Of a stretch of DNA of 64,000 nucleotides, positions 11,516 through 22,017 are shown in pieces. The notes under the pieces are model-generated. The model ran no database searches and was not told the DNA's origin. It worked only from the letters and a program-made list of their open reading frames with translations. Location of the stretch: NCBI GenBank assembly GCA_963668645.2, contig CAXXWC010000003.1, forward strand, positions 416,001 to 480,000. Direction: 5' to 3'. The stretch comes from Desulfobacterales bacterium (GTDB lineage Bacteria > Desulfobacterota > Desulfobacteria > Desulfobacterales > UBA2174). The position numbers and the translations under genes were made by a program. The first letter of the stretch is position 1; every line of letters starts with the position of its first letter.

Positions 11516-11752
11516 TCAGCTCTTGGCCTGTTGGGCGTCGTCGATCTGTTTCTGGTAATTTTCGTACTTTTTCAAAAACCGTTCGATCCGTCCGGCCGTG
11601 TCGATCAGCTTCTGTTTGCCGGTGAAAAACGGATGGCATTTGGAGCAGATTTCTACCCGGATGTCCTGCTTGGTCGAACCGACCTCCAGAACATTGCCGC
11701 AGGCACAGGTGATGGTCGTCTCTTGGTATTTGGGATGAATGTCGGTTTTCAT
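11516..11752 (-). CDS. rpmE: 50S ribosomal protein L31 (zinc-binding form)
   Basis: [26 protein letters not shown]; start set to ATG 11752. Confidence 0.97.
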   Translation of the reverse strand: MKTDIHPKYQETTITCACGNVLEVGSTKQDIRVEICSKCHPFFTGKQKLIDTAGRIERFLKKYENYQKQIDDAQQAKS

Positions 11753-11822
11753 AACGCCCTGAAGTTCCTTTCTGCTTTGGACAAGGGATAAATGTTTGGC
11801 CTCCAAAACGCCCGAAGGCCGA

Positions 11823-13070
11823 TCAGGCGTTCATAGATTCCAAAAAGTTTTTATTATTTCCGGTTCCCTGGAGTTTATCAAGCAAAAACTCCATACTGTC
11901 CACCGGATTGAGGGTCGCCAGCAGCTTGCGCAGGATCCAAACCCGGTTGAGGACATCGGTGCTCAAAAGCAGCTCTTCCTTGCGAGTACCGGACTTTTTG
12001 ATGTCGATGGCCGGAAAGACGCGCTTGTCCGCCAAACGCCGGTCAAGCTGAATCTCGGCGTTGCCCGTGCCTTTGAACTCTTCGAAAATCACCTCATCCA
12101 TGCGGCTGCCGGTATCGATCAGGGCGGTGGCGATGATCGTCAGACTCCCGCCTTCCTCGATGTTGCGCGCCGCACCGAAAAAGCGCTTCGGCCGCTGCAG
12201 GGCATTGGAGTCCACCCCGCCGGAAAGGATCTTGCCGCTGGGCGGCATCACCGAGTTGTAGGCCCGCGCCAAGCGGGTGATCGAATCGAGCAGGATGACC
12301 ACGTCCTTCTTGTGTTCCACGAGGCGTTTGGCCTTTTCGATGACCATCTCGGCCACCTGCACATGCCGCTCGGCAGGCTCGTCAAAGGTGGAGCTGATCA
12401 CCTCGGCCCTGACGTTGCGCTCCATATCGGTGACTTCTTCGGGCCGCTCGTCGATCAGCAGCACAAAAGGCACCACATCCTTGTGGCTTTCGATAATGGC
12501 ATTGGCGATGGATTGCAGCAGCATGGTCTTGCCCGATCGCGGCGGTGAGACGATCAGGGCCCGCTGGCCGAAGCCGATGGGAATCATCAAATCCATGATG
12601 CGGGTAGAATAGTTTTCCGCCTGGGTCTCAAGATTGGTCTTGCGGTCGGGGTAGAGCGGCGTCAGATTGTCGAAAAGTATCTTTTCGCGCGCTGTTTCCG
12701 GATCTTCGTAGTTGACCGCCTCGACCTTGAGCAGGGCGAAATAGCGCTCGCTCTCTTTGGGCTGGCGGATCTGGCCCGAGACCGTATCGCCGGTGCGCAG
12801 GTTGAAGCGGCGAATCTGGGAGGGCGACACGTAAATATCGTCCGGCCCCGGCAGATAGTTGTAGCTCGGAGAGCGAAGGAAACCGAACCCGTCGGGAAGA
12901 ATTTCCAGCGTTCCCTCCCCATAAATCAGGCCGTTCTTTTCGATCTGCGCCTGGAGCAGGGCAAAGATAAGTTCCTGCTTGCGCATGCCCGCCGCCCCTT
13001 CGACATTGTACTGCTTGGCCAACTGGGTCAGCTCGCTGATCTTCATCGTCTTAAGTTCACTGATGTTCAT
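11823..13070 (-). CDS. rho: Transcription termination factor Rho
   Basis: [41 protein letters not shown]. Confidence 0.99.
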   Translation of the reverse strand: MNISELKTMKISELTQLAKQYNVEGAAGMRKQELIFALLQAQIEKNGLIYGEGTLEILPDGFGFLRSPSYNYLPGPDDIYVSPSQIRRFNLRTGDTVSGQIRQPKESERYFALLKVEAVNYEDPETAREKILFDNLTPLYPDRKTNLETQAENYSTRIMDLMIPIGFGQRALIVSPPRSGKTMLLQSIANAIIESHKDVVPFVLLIDERPEEVTDMERNVRAEVISSTFDEPAERHVQVAEMVIEKAKRLVEHKKDVVILLDSITRLARAYNSVMPPSGKILSGGVDSNALQRPKRFFGAARNIEEGGSLTIIATALIDTGSRMDEVIFEEFKGTGNAEIQLDRRLADKRVFPAIDIKKSGTRKEELLLSTDVLNRVWILRKLLATLNPVDSMEFLLDKLQGTGNNKNFLESMNA

Positions 13071-13437
13071 TCACTGCTCCCCGCTCGTGTTTTCTTGATG
13101 TTTGGAAACGATAATCCTTCCTCCTCCGGCACTGTACCGGCCCATCGGCATACCGACTCAGATGGCATCATGCATAACGGCGCCCCACCTCGGGCCAGGT
13201 AACAGACCAACCCCCATCAGCGCTCCTGGCAGTAAGGGATGCGGGCCGCCTCGAACACGCGGCAATAATACGGTAGTAAGGGATGAAGTACCATCCGAGG
13301 TGTCTGAAAGGGTCTGGATGAATCGTTAGGAGGATGATTTAATATTTTGATTTAGTATGTTGAGTTGGAAAGTTAGCGATTTCGCCTTTTGGCGGGAAAT
13401 TCTAACTCGCAATCCTCATGACCATTAAATTGGGTAG

Positions 13438-13465
13438 ATTATATCACCCGGTGGGATTCTGTCAA
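13438..13465 (-). promoter_or_regulatory. Sigma70-type promoter of the rho operon
   Basis: Minus strand TTGACA (13465-13460), 16-nt spacer, TATAAT (13443-13438): both hexamers are perfect consensus. Confidence 0.8.
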
Positions 13466-13554
13466 GTGCCGCTGGCTAAAATTTGCTCGCATTTTCCCGG
13501 GCCACCCCCTGACGGGGCCATGACCCGGGAAACGATGACCGGTAAAGACCCGGA

Positions 13555-14382
<828 letters not shown>

Positions 14383-14473
14383 TTATTTGGTCTCGGTTGT
14401 AACGGTTTTTCCAGGAGCTAAATAACCATCGGCCGGCGCCAACACCGGCCATGGAAAGAAAGGGGCGATACGA

Positions 14474-14683
14474 TTGAAGGAAATCCTGGTCAAGGTCGTT
14501 GACAACGACCTGGAAAAGGCGATGCGTATTCTGAAGAAAAAAATTCAGAATGACGGCTTGTTCAAGCGGTTGAAGCTGAAAAAAAGCTACGAAAAGCCGA
14601 GTGAGTACAAGCGCCGCAAACAGCGCGAGGCATTGCGCCGGCAGCGGATTGCCGCCGCCAAAGCGGCCCGTTACCGCCGCTAA
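14474..14683 (+). CDS. rpsU: 30S ribosomal protein S21
   Basis: LEKAMRILKKK, YEKPSEYKRRK; basic, 69 aa; TTG start after AAGGGG. Confidence 0.93.
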   Translation: MKEILVKVVDNDLEKAMRILKKKIQNDGLFKRLKLKKSYEKPSEYKRRKQREALRRQRIAAAKAARYRR

Positions 14684-14701
14684 ACAGCGCGACATCCCGC
14701 G

Positions 14702-14736
14702 ACCCGGCAGAGCCCTGATTTCTGCCGGGTTTTTTT
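14702..14736 (+). terminator. Intrinsic terminator after rpsU
   Basis: ACCCGGCAGA / TCTGCCGGGT 10-bp stem followed by a T run. Confidence 0.85.
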
Positions 14737-14748
14737 ATGGAGCCTTCC

Positions 14749-16047
14749 ATGAAAAGCCCCAGCCAATACGAACAGACCCTTCAGCAGATGTACCGCCTGC
14801 ACCGCTTCGGCATCAAGCTGGGATTGGAGGTCATCGACGGACTGCTGCAAGGTCTCGGAAACCCGCAAGGCACTTTCAACTGTGTTCATGTGGCCGGCAC
14901 CAACGGCAAGGGGTCGGTGGCGGCCACCCTGGCGACCCTGCTCCAGACAACGGGAAAGCCGGTTGGACTATATACCTCTCCTCACCTTGTCAAATTCAAC
15001 GAGCGGATCGCCATCGACGGCAAACCGGTCAGCGACACGGACGTGGTCAAGGCGCACCGGGCGGTGCAAGATATCGCTGGCCGGCTGGGCGGACGGGAAC
15101 CGACCTTTTTCGAATTTGCCACCGCCATGGCGATGCACACCTTCGCCCGGCGCAAGGTCTCCTGGGCCGTCATCGAAACCGGGATGGGCGGGCGCCTGGA
15201 CGCTACCAACATCATTGTGCCGCAACTGTCGATCATCACCAACATTTCTTTGGAGCACCGCGCCTACCTGGGACGCACCCTGGCGGCCATAGCCGGTGAA
15301 AAGGCCGGCATTATCAAACCCGGGGTACCGGTCGTCACCGGCGCAAGCCAGCCGTCGGTGCTCAAGGTCATCTCGGACATGGCCGAACGCCACCACGCTC
15401 CGCTGCGCCGTTACGGAAAGGATTTTCGCATCCGCCGGCGGACAGCGAAGCGATTCGACTACTTCGGCAAGGACCATCGGTGGCCTGATCTGGAATTGGC
15501 CCTGGACGGGCCCCACCAGTTTGCCAACGCCGCCCTGGCACTGGCCGCCTGCGAAGTGCTCTGCCTCCTGGAACCGGAATTGGCCCACCGCTCGACCATC
15601 GCCGAAGCCCTGCGCCGCACTCGATGGCCCGGACGCCTGGAGATCGCAAGAAGGAAGCCGCTGGTGATTCTCGACGGGGCCCACAACCTGATGGCGGCCC
15701 GCAACCTGGGTCGATATTTGGCCAGCGACCTGGCCGGAAGACGTATCACCCTGGTGGTGGGCATCCTGGACGACAAGCCGTATCAGGCCATGCTGCAAGC
15801 CCTGGCCCCTTCCTGCCGGCGTGTCATGGTCACCCGCGCGCGCATCGACCGCGCCCTGGATCCCCAGCGCCTCGCCGCCGTTGTGCGAGAATGCGGAGTG
15901 GCCGTAAGCGTCTACCCCACCGTGGCCGAAGCCGTGACCGAAGCCATCGATGCGGCCTCCCCAGACGAGGTGGTCTGTGTGGCCGGATCCCTCTATGTGG
16001 TCGGTGAAGCCAAAGAGGTGCTTGACACGCCCGGGCACATGGTCTAA
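14749..16047 (+). CDS. folC: Folylpolyglutamate/dihydrofolate synthase
   Basis: HVAGTNGKGS, YTSPHL, ETGMGGRLDATN, WPGRLE, LDGAHN. Confidence 0.97.
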   Translation: MKSPSQYEQTLQQMYRLHRFGIKLGLEVIDGLLQGLGNPQGTFNCVHVAGTNGKGSVAATLATLLQTTGKPVGLYTSPHLVKFNERIAIDGKPVSDTDVVKAHRAVQDIAGRLGGREPTFFEFATAMAMHTFARRKVSWAVIETGMGGRLDATNIIVPQLSIITNISLEHRAYLGRTLAAIAGEKAGIIKPGVPVVTGASQPSVLKVISDMAERHHAPLRRYGKDFRIRRRTAKRFDYFGKDHRWPDLELALDGPHQFANAALALAACEVLCLLEPELAHRSTIAEALRRTRWPGRLEIARRKPLVILDGAHNLMAARNLGRYLASDLAGRRITLVVGILDDKPYQAMLQALAPSCRRVMVTRARIDRALDPQRLAAVVRECGVAVSVYPTVAEAVTEAIDAASPDEVVCVAGSLYVVGEAKEVLDTPGHMV

Positions 16048-16085
16048 CAAGAATTTTCTTTTCGCTTGTTGCATGAATGCCTTTT

Positions 16086-16161
16086 GCGCCCGTGGCCCAG
16101 GGGATAGGGCGTCAGCCTCCGGAGCTGAAGATCGCTGGTTCGAATCCAGCCGGGCGTACCA
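16086..16161 (+). tRNA. tRNA-Arg(CCG)
   Basis: Acceptor GCGCCCG/CGGGCGT plus ACCA, anticodon arm TCAGC-CTCCGGA-GCTGA, T arm GCTGG-TTCGAAT-CCAGC; 76 nt. Confidence 0.97.
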
Positions 16162-16166
16162 AACAT

Positions 16167-16207
16167 TCAGGGGAGCCGGAATCGCATCCGGCTCCCCTGA
16201 TTTTTTT
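16167..16207 (+). terminator. Intrinsic terminator after tRNA-Arg
   Basis: Perfect 14-bp stem TCAGGGGAGCCGGA / TCCGGCTCCCCTGA followed by T7. Confidence 0.92.
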
Positions 16208-16253
16208 CATCCCTTTTAAGGCGGCGATCCACGATCTGCCAGGACCGTCAAGC

Positions 16254-16282
16254 TTGCCTTTTGCCCCCCCGGTGCTTATGAT
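16254..16282 (+). promoter_or_regulatory. Candidate promoter for the ClpX-like gene
   Basis: TTGCCT-N17-TATGAT ending 8 nt before ATG 16291. Confidence 0.55.
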
Positions 16283-16290
16283 CCTGCACC

Positions 16291-18075
16291 ATGGCTGAAA
16301 TGATCGAAAAATTTCCCAGCCCCAAAGAGCTGGAAAAGGAAATCGGCGATTTTCTGTCACGCAAATTCGGCGACAGCGTCAGACTGGTGTCGCCGGTGGT
16401 CATGCCCGAGGAGGGGGCCGCAGCCGCCCCATCCGGCGGATCCCCCCTCCAACGGATCCTCCAGTTCGACCTGACCCCCGAATCGCTAATCGCCTATTTG
16501 GACCAATACATCGTCAAGCAGGAAAACGCCAAGGCGGTTTTAGCCACAAAGATCTGTACACATTTCAACAGGTTGCGTCGCGAGCTGAATGCCGACGCCC
16601 CCCCTTCGAACATGGTCGGGCGCATCAAGAACAATGTGCTCATGATCGGCCCTACGGGGGTGGGCAAAACCTACATGATCCGGCTGATCGCCCGCAGGAT
16701 CGGCGTCCCCTTTGTAAAAGGTGACGCCACCAAGTTCAGCGAGACCGGCTATGTCGGCGGGGATGTGGAAGATCTGGTGCGCGACCTGGTGCGCGAAGCC
16801 GATGACGATATCTCCCTGGCCGAATGCGGCATTGTCTACATCGACGAAATCGACAAGATCGCCTCGGCCCAGAACCTGATCGGTGCCGATGTATCCCGTA
16901 CCGGGGTCCAGCGGGCGCTGCTCAAACCCCTGGAGGAAACCGAAGTCGACCTGAAGGTGCCCCACGATCCGATCTCGATGATGCAGGAAATCGAACAGTT
17001 CCGCAAAACCGGAAGCCGCCAGAAGCGCACCGTCAATACGCGCAACATCCTGTTCATCGTCAGCGGGGCCTTCAACGGTCTGGCCGATATCGTCAAGGAG
17101 CGTCTCAGCCGCCAGCAGATCGGTTTTTCCGCCCGGATCCAGACCACTGCAGAAAGCGCCGACCTGCTCACAAAAGTTCAAAGCGAGGATCTGATCCGCT
17201 ACGGATTCGAATCCGAATTCGTCGGAAGGCTCCCGGTTCGGGCAGTTTTTGAACGCCTTAAAGAAGCAGATCTCCTCGATATTCTAAAAAATCCAAATAA
17301 TCCGGTCGTGCTCAGCAAACGCCTCGACTTTGCCGCCTATGGTATTGACGTGCGCTTTTCAAACGAGGCTCTGGACCGACTTGCTAAAAGGGCACTGGCG
17401 GAAAATACCGGGGCCCGAGGGCTGGTCAGTGCGGTGGAGGCGGCCCTGATGCCCTTTGAATGCAGCCTGCCATCCATGGACCTCGACTTTCTGGCGGTGA
17501 CCGAGGAGGCCGTCGATTTCCCCCATCGGGTTCTGACCCGGCTCCGCGATCCATCCCGCAAGGAGACCGAAAGGCAGTACCACCGGGCCCTACAGACCGC
17601 CGAAGAGGCGTCGGTCCGGGCGCACCTGGCCGAGCACCGAAGCCGCTATGATCAAAAATACGGCCTGGCACTCAGTGACGGGCGCATCGGCCTGGTGGCC
17701 GCTTGCAGCACCCGCGGGATTCTCGACATAGACAGCGCCATTGAAAGGGTCAAGAGCCTCAGTGAACAGGTCAAGCAGCTCGAACTCGATTTTTTAAAAC
17801 GCCACGACATCAATATCGTGTTGGAACCGGAAGCCGAGGAGAGGATGGTCGAATTGCTGCTCAGCGGCACCCAGACCATCTCCGACCTCCGGCAGCGCCT
17901 GTCGGCCGATTTCGAACTGGCCCTCAAACTGATCCGCGACAAGACCGGCCGCCAGAGGTTTTTCATCAGCCGCGCCGCGCTTGAGGCACCGCAGACCTAT
18001 CTGGAAACTCTGATCCGTGATGCGATGAAAACGTCGCCCGAGGGGTCTGACCCGGACCCGCCGCAGCTTCCATAA
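16291..18075 (+). CDS. ClpX-like AAA+ ATPase without N-terminal zinc domain and with a C-terminal extension
   Basis: YLDQYIVKQ, GPTGVGKT, DATKFSETGYVG, IVYIDEIDK, IGF, EFVGRLP, TGARGL. Confidence 0.88.
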   Translation: MAEMIEKFPSPKELEKEIGDFLSRKFGDSVRLVSPVVMPEEGAAAAPSGGSPLQRILQFDLTPESLIAYLDQYIVKQENAKAVLATKICTHFNRLRRELNADAPPSNMVGRIKNNVLMIGPTGVGKTYMIRLIARRIGVPFVKGDATKFSETGYVGGDVEDLVRDLVREADDDISLAECGIVYIDEIDKIASAQNLIGADVSRTGVQRALLKPLEETEVDLKVPHDPISMMQEIEQFRKTGSRQKRTVNTRNILFIVSGAFNGLADIVKERLSRQQIGFSARIQTTAESADLLTKVQSEDLIRYGFESEFVGRLPVRAVFERLKEADLLDILKNPNNPVVLSKRLDFAAYGIDVRFSNEALDRLAKRALAENTGARGLVSAVEAALMPFECSLPSMDLDFLAVTEEAVDFPHRVLTRLRDPSRKETERQYHRALQTAEEASVRAHLAEHRSRYDQKYGLALSDGRIGLVAACSTRGILDIDSAIERVKSLSEQVKQLELDFLKRHDINIVLEPEAEERMVELLLSGTQTISDLRQRLSADFELALKLIRDKTGRQRFFISRAALEAPQTYLETLIRDAMKTSPEGSDPDPPQLP

Positions 18076-18106
18076 CCCGCTTACATAACCAATCGAGGCT
18101 TATCCG

Positions 18107-19294
18107 ATGATCGGCATTTCAAAACTCTACTGCGGCACCGTGGAACCGTCCGACGCATTGCGCTACGGTCGCCATTCGGCCCAGTTGCCCAGCCATCTGC
18201 TCCAGTTTTCAGCCGACAAACGGCCCGTGGTGGTCTGGAACGTGACCCGGCGCTGCAACCTCAGATGCGTGCACTGCTATGCACATGCCAGGGACGAGGC
18301 CTTCGCCGACGAATTGACTACCGCCGAGGGCCGCGCCCTGATCGACGATCTGGCCTCCTTCGGAGCTCCCGTGCTGCTCCTTTCCGGGGGCGAGCCCCTG
18401 GTCCGCCCCGATCTGGCCGAACTGGCCGGCTACGCCGTCAAAAAGGGGATGCGGGCGGTGATCTCGACCAACGGCACCCTCATCGGGCCGGACATGGCCC
18501 GCACCTTGAAGGAGATCGGCCTTTCATATGTCGGCATCAGTCTCGACGGCATGGAGGCGGTCAACGACCGTTTCCGCGGTGTATCCGGCGCATTTCAAAA
18601 AGCCCTGGAAGGGATCCGCAACTGCCGCCGTGCAGGGATCAAGGTCGGCCTGCGCTTTACGATCAACCGCTTTAACGTCGGCGAGATCCCGGCGGTCTTC
18701 GATCTGCTCGAGGCCGAGGATGTCCCCCGGGTCTGCTTCTATCACCTGGTCTACGCCGGCCGGGGGACCGACCTGGTCAAGGACGACCTGAGCCACGACC
18801 AGACCCGCCAGGCCGTGGACCTGATCATCGATCGCACCGCCGATTTGCATGCCCGGGGCCTGGCCAAGGAAGTGCTCACGGTGGACAACCACGCCGACGG
18901 CCCCTACCTCTATCTGCGCCTGTTGAAGGAAAATCCCGGGCGCGCGGCCGAGGTGCTGGCGCTGCTTAAAATGAACGAGGGCAACAACTCGGGCCGCGGC
19001 ATCGGATGTGTGAGTTGGGACGGGGAGGTGTACGCCGATCAGTTCTGGCGCCACCACAGCTTCGGCAATGTGCGCCAGCGCCCTTTTTCCAGGATCTGGT
19101 CCGAGCCGGACGATCCCCTGCTGGCCCAGCTCAAGGAGAAGAAAAAATGGGTCACGGGCCGCTGCGCCGCCTGCCGGTGGCTCGATGTATGCGCCGGAAA
19201 CTTCAGGGTGCGCGCCGAGGCGGTCACCGGAGATGTCTGGGCCCCGGATCCGGCCTGCTATCTGACCGACGACGAAATCGCCCCGGCGCCATAA
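18107..19294 (+). CDS. ahbC: Radical SAM/SPASM Fe-coproporphyrin III synthase (12,18-didecarboxysiroheme deacetylase)
   Basis: N-terminus MIGISKLYCGTVEPSDALRY characteristic of AhbC; CNLRCVHC; VDNHADG; C-terminal CxxC...DPAC. Confidence 0.92.
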   Translation: MIGISKLYCGTVEPSDALRYGRHSAQLPSHLLQFSADKRPVVVWNVTRRCNLRCVHCYAHARDEAFADELTTAEGRALIDDLASFGAPVLLLSGGEPLVRPDLAELAGYAVKKGMRAVISTNGTLIGPDMARTLKEIGLSYVGISLDGMEAVNDRFRGVSGAFQKALEGIRNCRRAGIKVGLRFTINRFNVGEIPAVFDLLEAEDVPRVCFYHLVYAGRGTDLVKDDLSHDQTRQAVDLIIDRTADLHARGLAKEVLTVDNHADGPYLYLRLLKENPGRAAEVLALLKMNEGNNSGRGIGCVSWDGEVYADQFWRHHSFGNVRQRPFSRIWSEPDDPLLAQLKEKKKWVTGRCAACRWLDVCAGNFRVRAEAVTGDVWAPDPACYLTDDEIAPAP

Positions 19295-19312
19295 GATTTT
19301 CGTATCAATGGC

Positions 19313-20353
19313 CTAAGAGTGATCCTCGGCCGAGGGGTAGAGGATGATCTTGACCGATTCACGCCTGCGGGCGAGATCCAGGGCCGTGCCCATCTGGCTC
19401 AGCGGTAACCGGTGGGACAATAGCGGCTCCACCTGAACCCGGCCCTGGGCCACCAGTTCCAGCGACGCCTGAAAGTCGAGCCAAGTGTAGCAGATGCTGC
19501 CGGTGATGCGGATCTCGCGACGTACCACGTCGCCCAAATCCAGCGTCGAAGGACGATGGAAGATCCCCGCCAGGCTCAGCCGCCCCGCCTTGCGCAGGCA
19601 GGCCAGACAGGTGGCGGCCACTTCTGCGACCCCGGTGGCCTCGACCACCACATCCGCCATACGCCCCGCGGTCCACTGGCGCACCGCTTCCACCGGCGAT
19701 TGGGCCGAGGCGTCCACCGTCAGTTCCGCCCCCAGCCGATGGGCCAGCTCCAGGCGCCCACGGTCTCCGGCGGCACCCACCACCGCAACGCGCCGGGCGC
19801 CTTCGGCCAGGGCGATCTGCAGGGCGTAAAGGCCGATGGGCCCAGGGCCGAAGATCACCACCGTATCCTGGCTGCCGATGGCCGCCTTGCGCACCGGCCG
19901 GTAGGCCGAGGCGATGGGGTCGACGGCCGCCCCCTGCTCGAAGGAAAGCGCATCGGGCAGCCGGTGGAGGGTCTTTTGCGGGGCGACCACATATTCTGCG
20001 AAGGCCCCGTCGGTGTGGATTCCGATCTCGTAGATGCGATCGCAAAGCGACTCCATCCCCCGGCGGCAAAAATCGCAGCGCCCGCAGTGGACCACCAACC
20101 CAGGCGCCACCCGATCACCAACGGCAAAATCGGTGACCGCCTCGCCCGCTGCGGTCACCACACCGGCGAACTCGTGGCCCGGGATCAACGGGTAGGTCAC
20201 CGGACGCACCCCCTTGAAAATCGGCAGATCGGTACCGCACAGCCCGACAGCCTTGACCTGAATCAGGACCTCATCGTCTTTGGGGGCCGGCACCGGCACC
20301 GACTTGAAAACAAAATCGATTTCGGCACTCTCCTTGACCACGGCCTGCATCAT
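19313..20353 (-). CDS. Zn-dependent medium-chain dehydrogenase (threonine/sorbitol dehydrogenase-like)
   Basis: GLCGTD, GHEFAG, CGRCDFC..C structural Zn site, GPGPIG; GGAGG RBS near 20365; start 20353 or GTG 20356. Confidence 0.9.
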   Translation of the reverse strand: MMQAVVKESAEIDFVFKSVPVPAPKDDEVLIQVKAVGLCGTDLPIFKGVRPVTYPLIPGHEFAGVVTAAGEAVTDFAVGDRVAPGLVVHCGRCDFCRRGMESLCDRIYEIGIHTDGAFAEYVVAPQKTLHRLPDALSFEQGAAVDPIASAYRPVRKAAIGSQDTVVIFGPGPIGLYALQIALAEGARRVAVVGAAGDRGRLELAHRLGAELTVDASAQSPVEAVRQWTAGRMADVVVEATGVAEVAATCLACLRKAGRLSLAGIFHRPSTLDLGDVVRREIRITGSICYTWLDFQASLELVAQGRVQVEPLLSHRLPLSQMGTALDLARRRESVKIILYPSAEDHS

Positions 20354-20468
20354 CACCCTCACCTCCTCTGGCAGGCATAGGTTTCCCGATTGACCTACGC
20401 CGGCCATGCATCGTCGTTCTTTTTTGATTGTTCCAACAACGTAGCTTCTCCCTGCCCGGATAGACAGG

Positions 20469-21272
20469 TCACTTCCTGGTGCGTGTGCCCACGGTCATGG
20501 TCTCGGGCAGGGTGCTGCCGCCGTCGATGACGATCTGGGTGCCGGTGATGTAGCTGGCCTCTTGCGAGGCGAGAAACGCGGCCAGTTCTCCGACCTCCTC
20601 CGGTCGTCCCAGCCGCCCCAAGGGGATACCGGCCGCAATCCCGTCAATGACCCGCTCGGGGTTCTCGGGGTCGGATTCGTGGGCGGTGTGCTCCACCATC
20701 GGGGTACGGATATAGCCCGGACAGATGGCGTTGACGTTGATGCCGTCGCAGGCCAGATCCCGGGCAAGCCCCTTGGTCAGACCGATCAGGGCCGCCTTGG
20801 TGGTGGCGTAGGCGCTCATCCCCGCATCGACCACCAGCGGACCGGTGACCGAAGAAAGGATGATGATCCGGCCGTGGCCCTGGGCCCGCATCGCCGGCAC
20901 CAGCGCCCGGGTACAGTTCCAGACGCCGAAAACATTCACCTGAAAATGCAAATCGCGCAGGGTGTCATCCATCTCGGCAAAAAGCGCCAGGCGCGCCACG
21001 CCGGCGTTGTTGACCAGGATATCGACATGCCCTTCGGCCGCCAGGGCGGCCTCGGCGGCTTGCCCGCACTGGGCCGGGTCGGTGACGTCCATCTGCCGCG
21101 CCGTGGCGGCCAGGCCCTCGGCCTGCATGGCAGCGGCCGTAGCAAAAACCAGTTCGTTGCGGTCCCACAGTTCCACCCGCGCCCCGTGGCGGGCCATGAC
21201 CCGGGCGATCCCTTCCCCGTTGCCCATGGCCCCGCCGGTAACGACGGCGACGCGTCCGTCCAGCTTTCCCAT
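20469..21272 (-). CDS. ucpA: SDR oxidoreductase, UcpA-like
   Basis: TGGAMGNG, NNAG, SSVTG, YATTK, and DGGSTLPET tail typical of UcpA; ATG 21272 after AGGAG. Confidence 0.8.
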   Translation of the reverse strand: MGKLDGRVAVVTGGAMGNGEGIARVMARHGARVELWDRNELVFATAAAMQAEGLAATARQMDVTDPAQCGQAAEAALAAEGHVDILVNNAGVARLALFAEMDDTLRDLHFQVNVFGVWNCTRALVPAMRAQGHGRIIILSSVTGPLVVDAGMSAYATTKAALIGLTKGLARDLACDGINVNAICPGYIRTPMVEHTAHESDPENPERVIDGIAAGIPLGRLGRPEEVGELAAFLASQEASYITGTQIVIDGGSTLPETMTVGTRTRK

Positions 21273-21306
21273 ATCTCCTCCTGCGCCCTTGGCCGGCGCC
21301 TTGCGC

Positions 21307-22017
21307 TCACATGCCCAGATAGGCTTTCTTGACATCCGGATTGCCGAGCAGCTCGCGGCCGCTGCCCTCCAGAACCACCCGCCCGTTTTCCAGGACATAG
21401 GCCCGGTCGCAGAGATTGAGCGAATGGTTGACGTTCTGCTCGACAAGCAGCACCGGAATGTTCTGGCTCCGGATCCGAGGAATAATGTTGAAGACTTCCT
21501 TAACGAGCAGCGGCGCCAGACCGAGGGACGGCTCGTCGAACATCAGCAGCTTGGGCCGCGCCATCAAGCCGCGCGCGATGGCCAGCATCTGCTGCTCGCC
21601 GCCACTGAGGGTGCGCGCCAGTTGTCCGCGGCGCTCGGCCAGACGGGGAAAGAGCTCCAACACCTCTTCCAGGGTCTCGGCCAGCCGTGGCCGGGCACGG
21701 CGGTTGTAAGCGCCGACCATGAGGTTTTCTTCGACTGTGATGAAAGGAAACAGCCGGCGCCCTTCGGGAATCTGGACGATCCCGGCCTCGACGATCTCAT
21801 GGGGGGCAAGGCCGGTCAGCGGTCGGTCTTCGAAAAGGATCTGCCCGGCGCTGGGCGCCAACAACCCCGAGATGGTCCGGATCAGGGTCGTTTTACCGGC
21901 GCTGTTGGCCCCCACCAAGGCAACGATCTCACCGGCGTTCACCGTGAGGTTGACGCCGGCCAGGACCTGAACCTGGCCATAGAAAACATCGATATCACGA
22001 ATTGCAAACAGCGCCAT
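21307..22017 (-). CDS. LIV-family ABC ATPase (LivF-like), system 1
   Basis: GANSAGKTT, PEGRRLF, LSGGEQQM, DEPSLGLAP. Confidence 0.95.
   Translation of the reverse strand: MALFAIRDIDVFYGQVQVLAGVNLTVNAGEIVALVGANSAGKTTLIRTISGLLAPSAGQILFEDRPLTGLAPHEIVEAGIVQIPEGRRLFPFITVEENLMVGAYNRRARPRLAETLEEVLELFPRLAERRGQLARTLSGGEQQMLAIARGLMARPKLLMFDEPSLGLAPLLVKEVFNIIPRIRSQNIPVLLVEQNVNHSLNLCDRAYVLENGRVVLEGSGRELLGNPDVKKAYLGM

Noticed and set aside
18107..19294. Radical SAM/SPASM genes (also 39386-40462) as RiPP maturases
   Set aside because: The sequences match AhbC and AhbD signatures, hemB is nearby, and no precursor peptide is evident.
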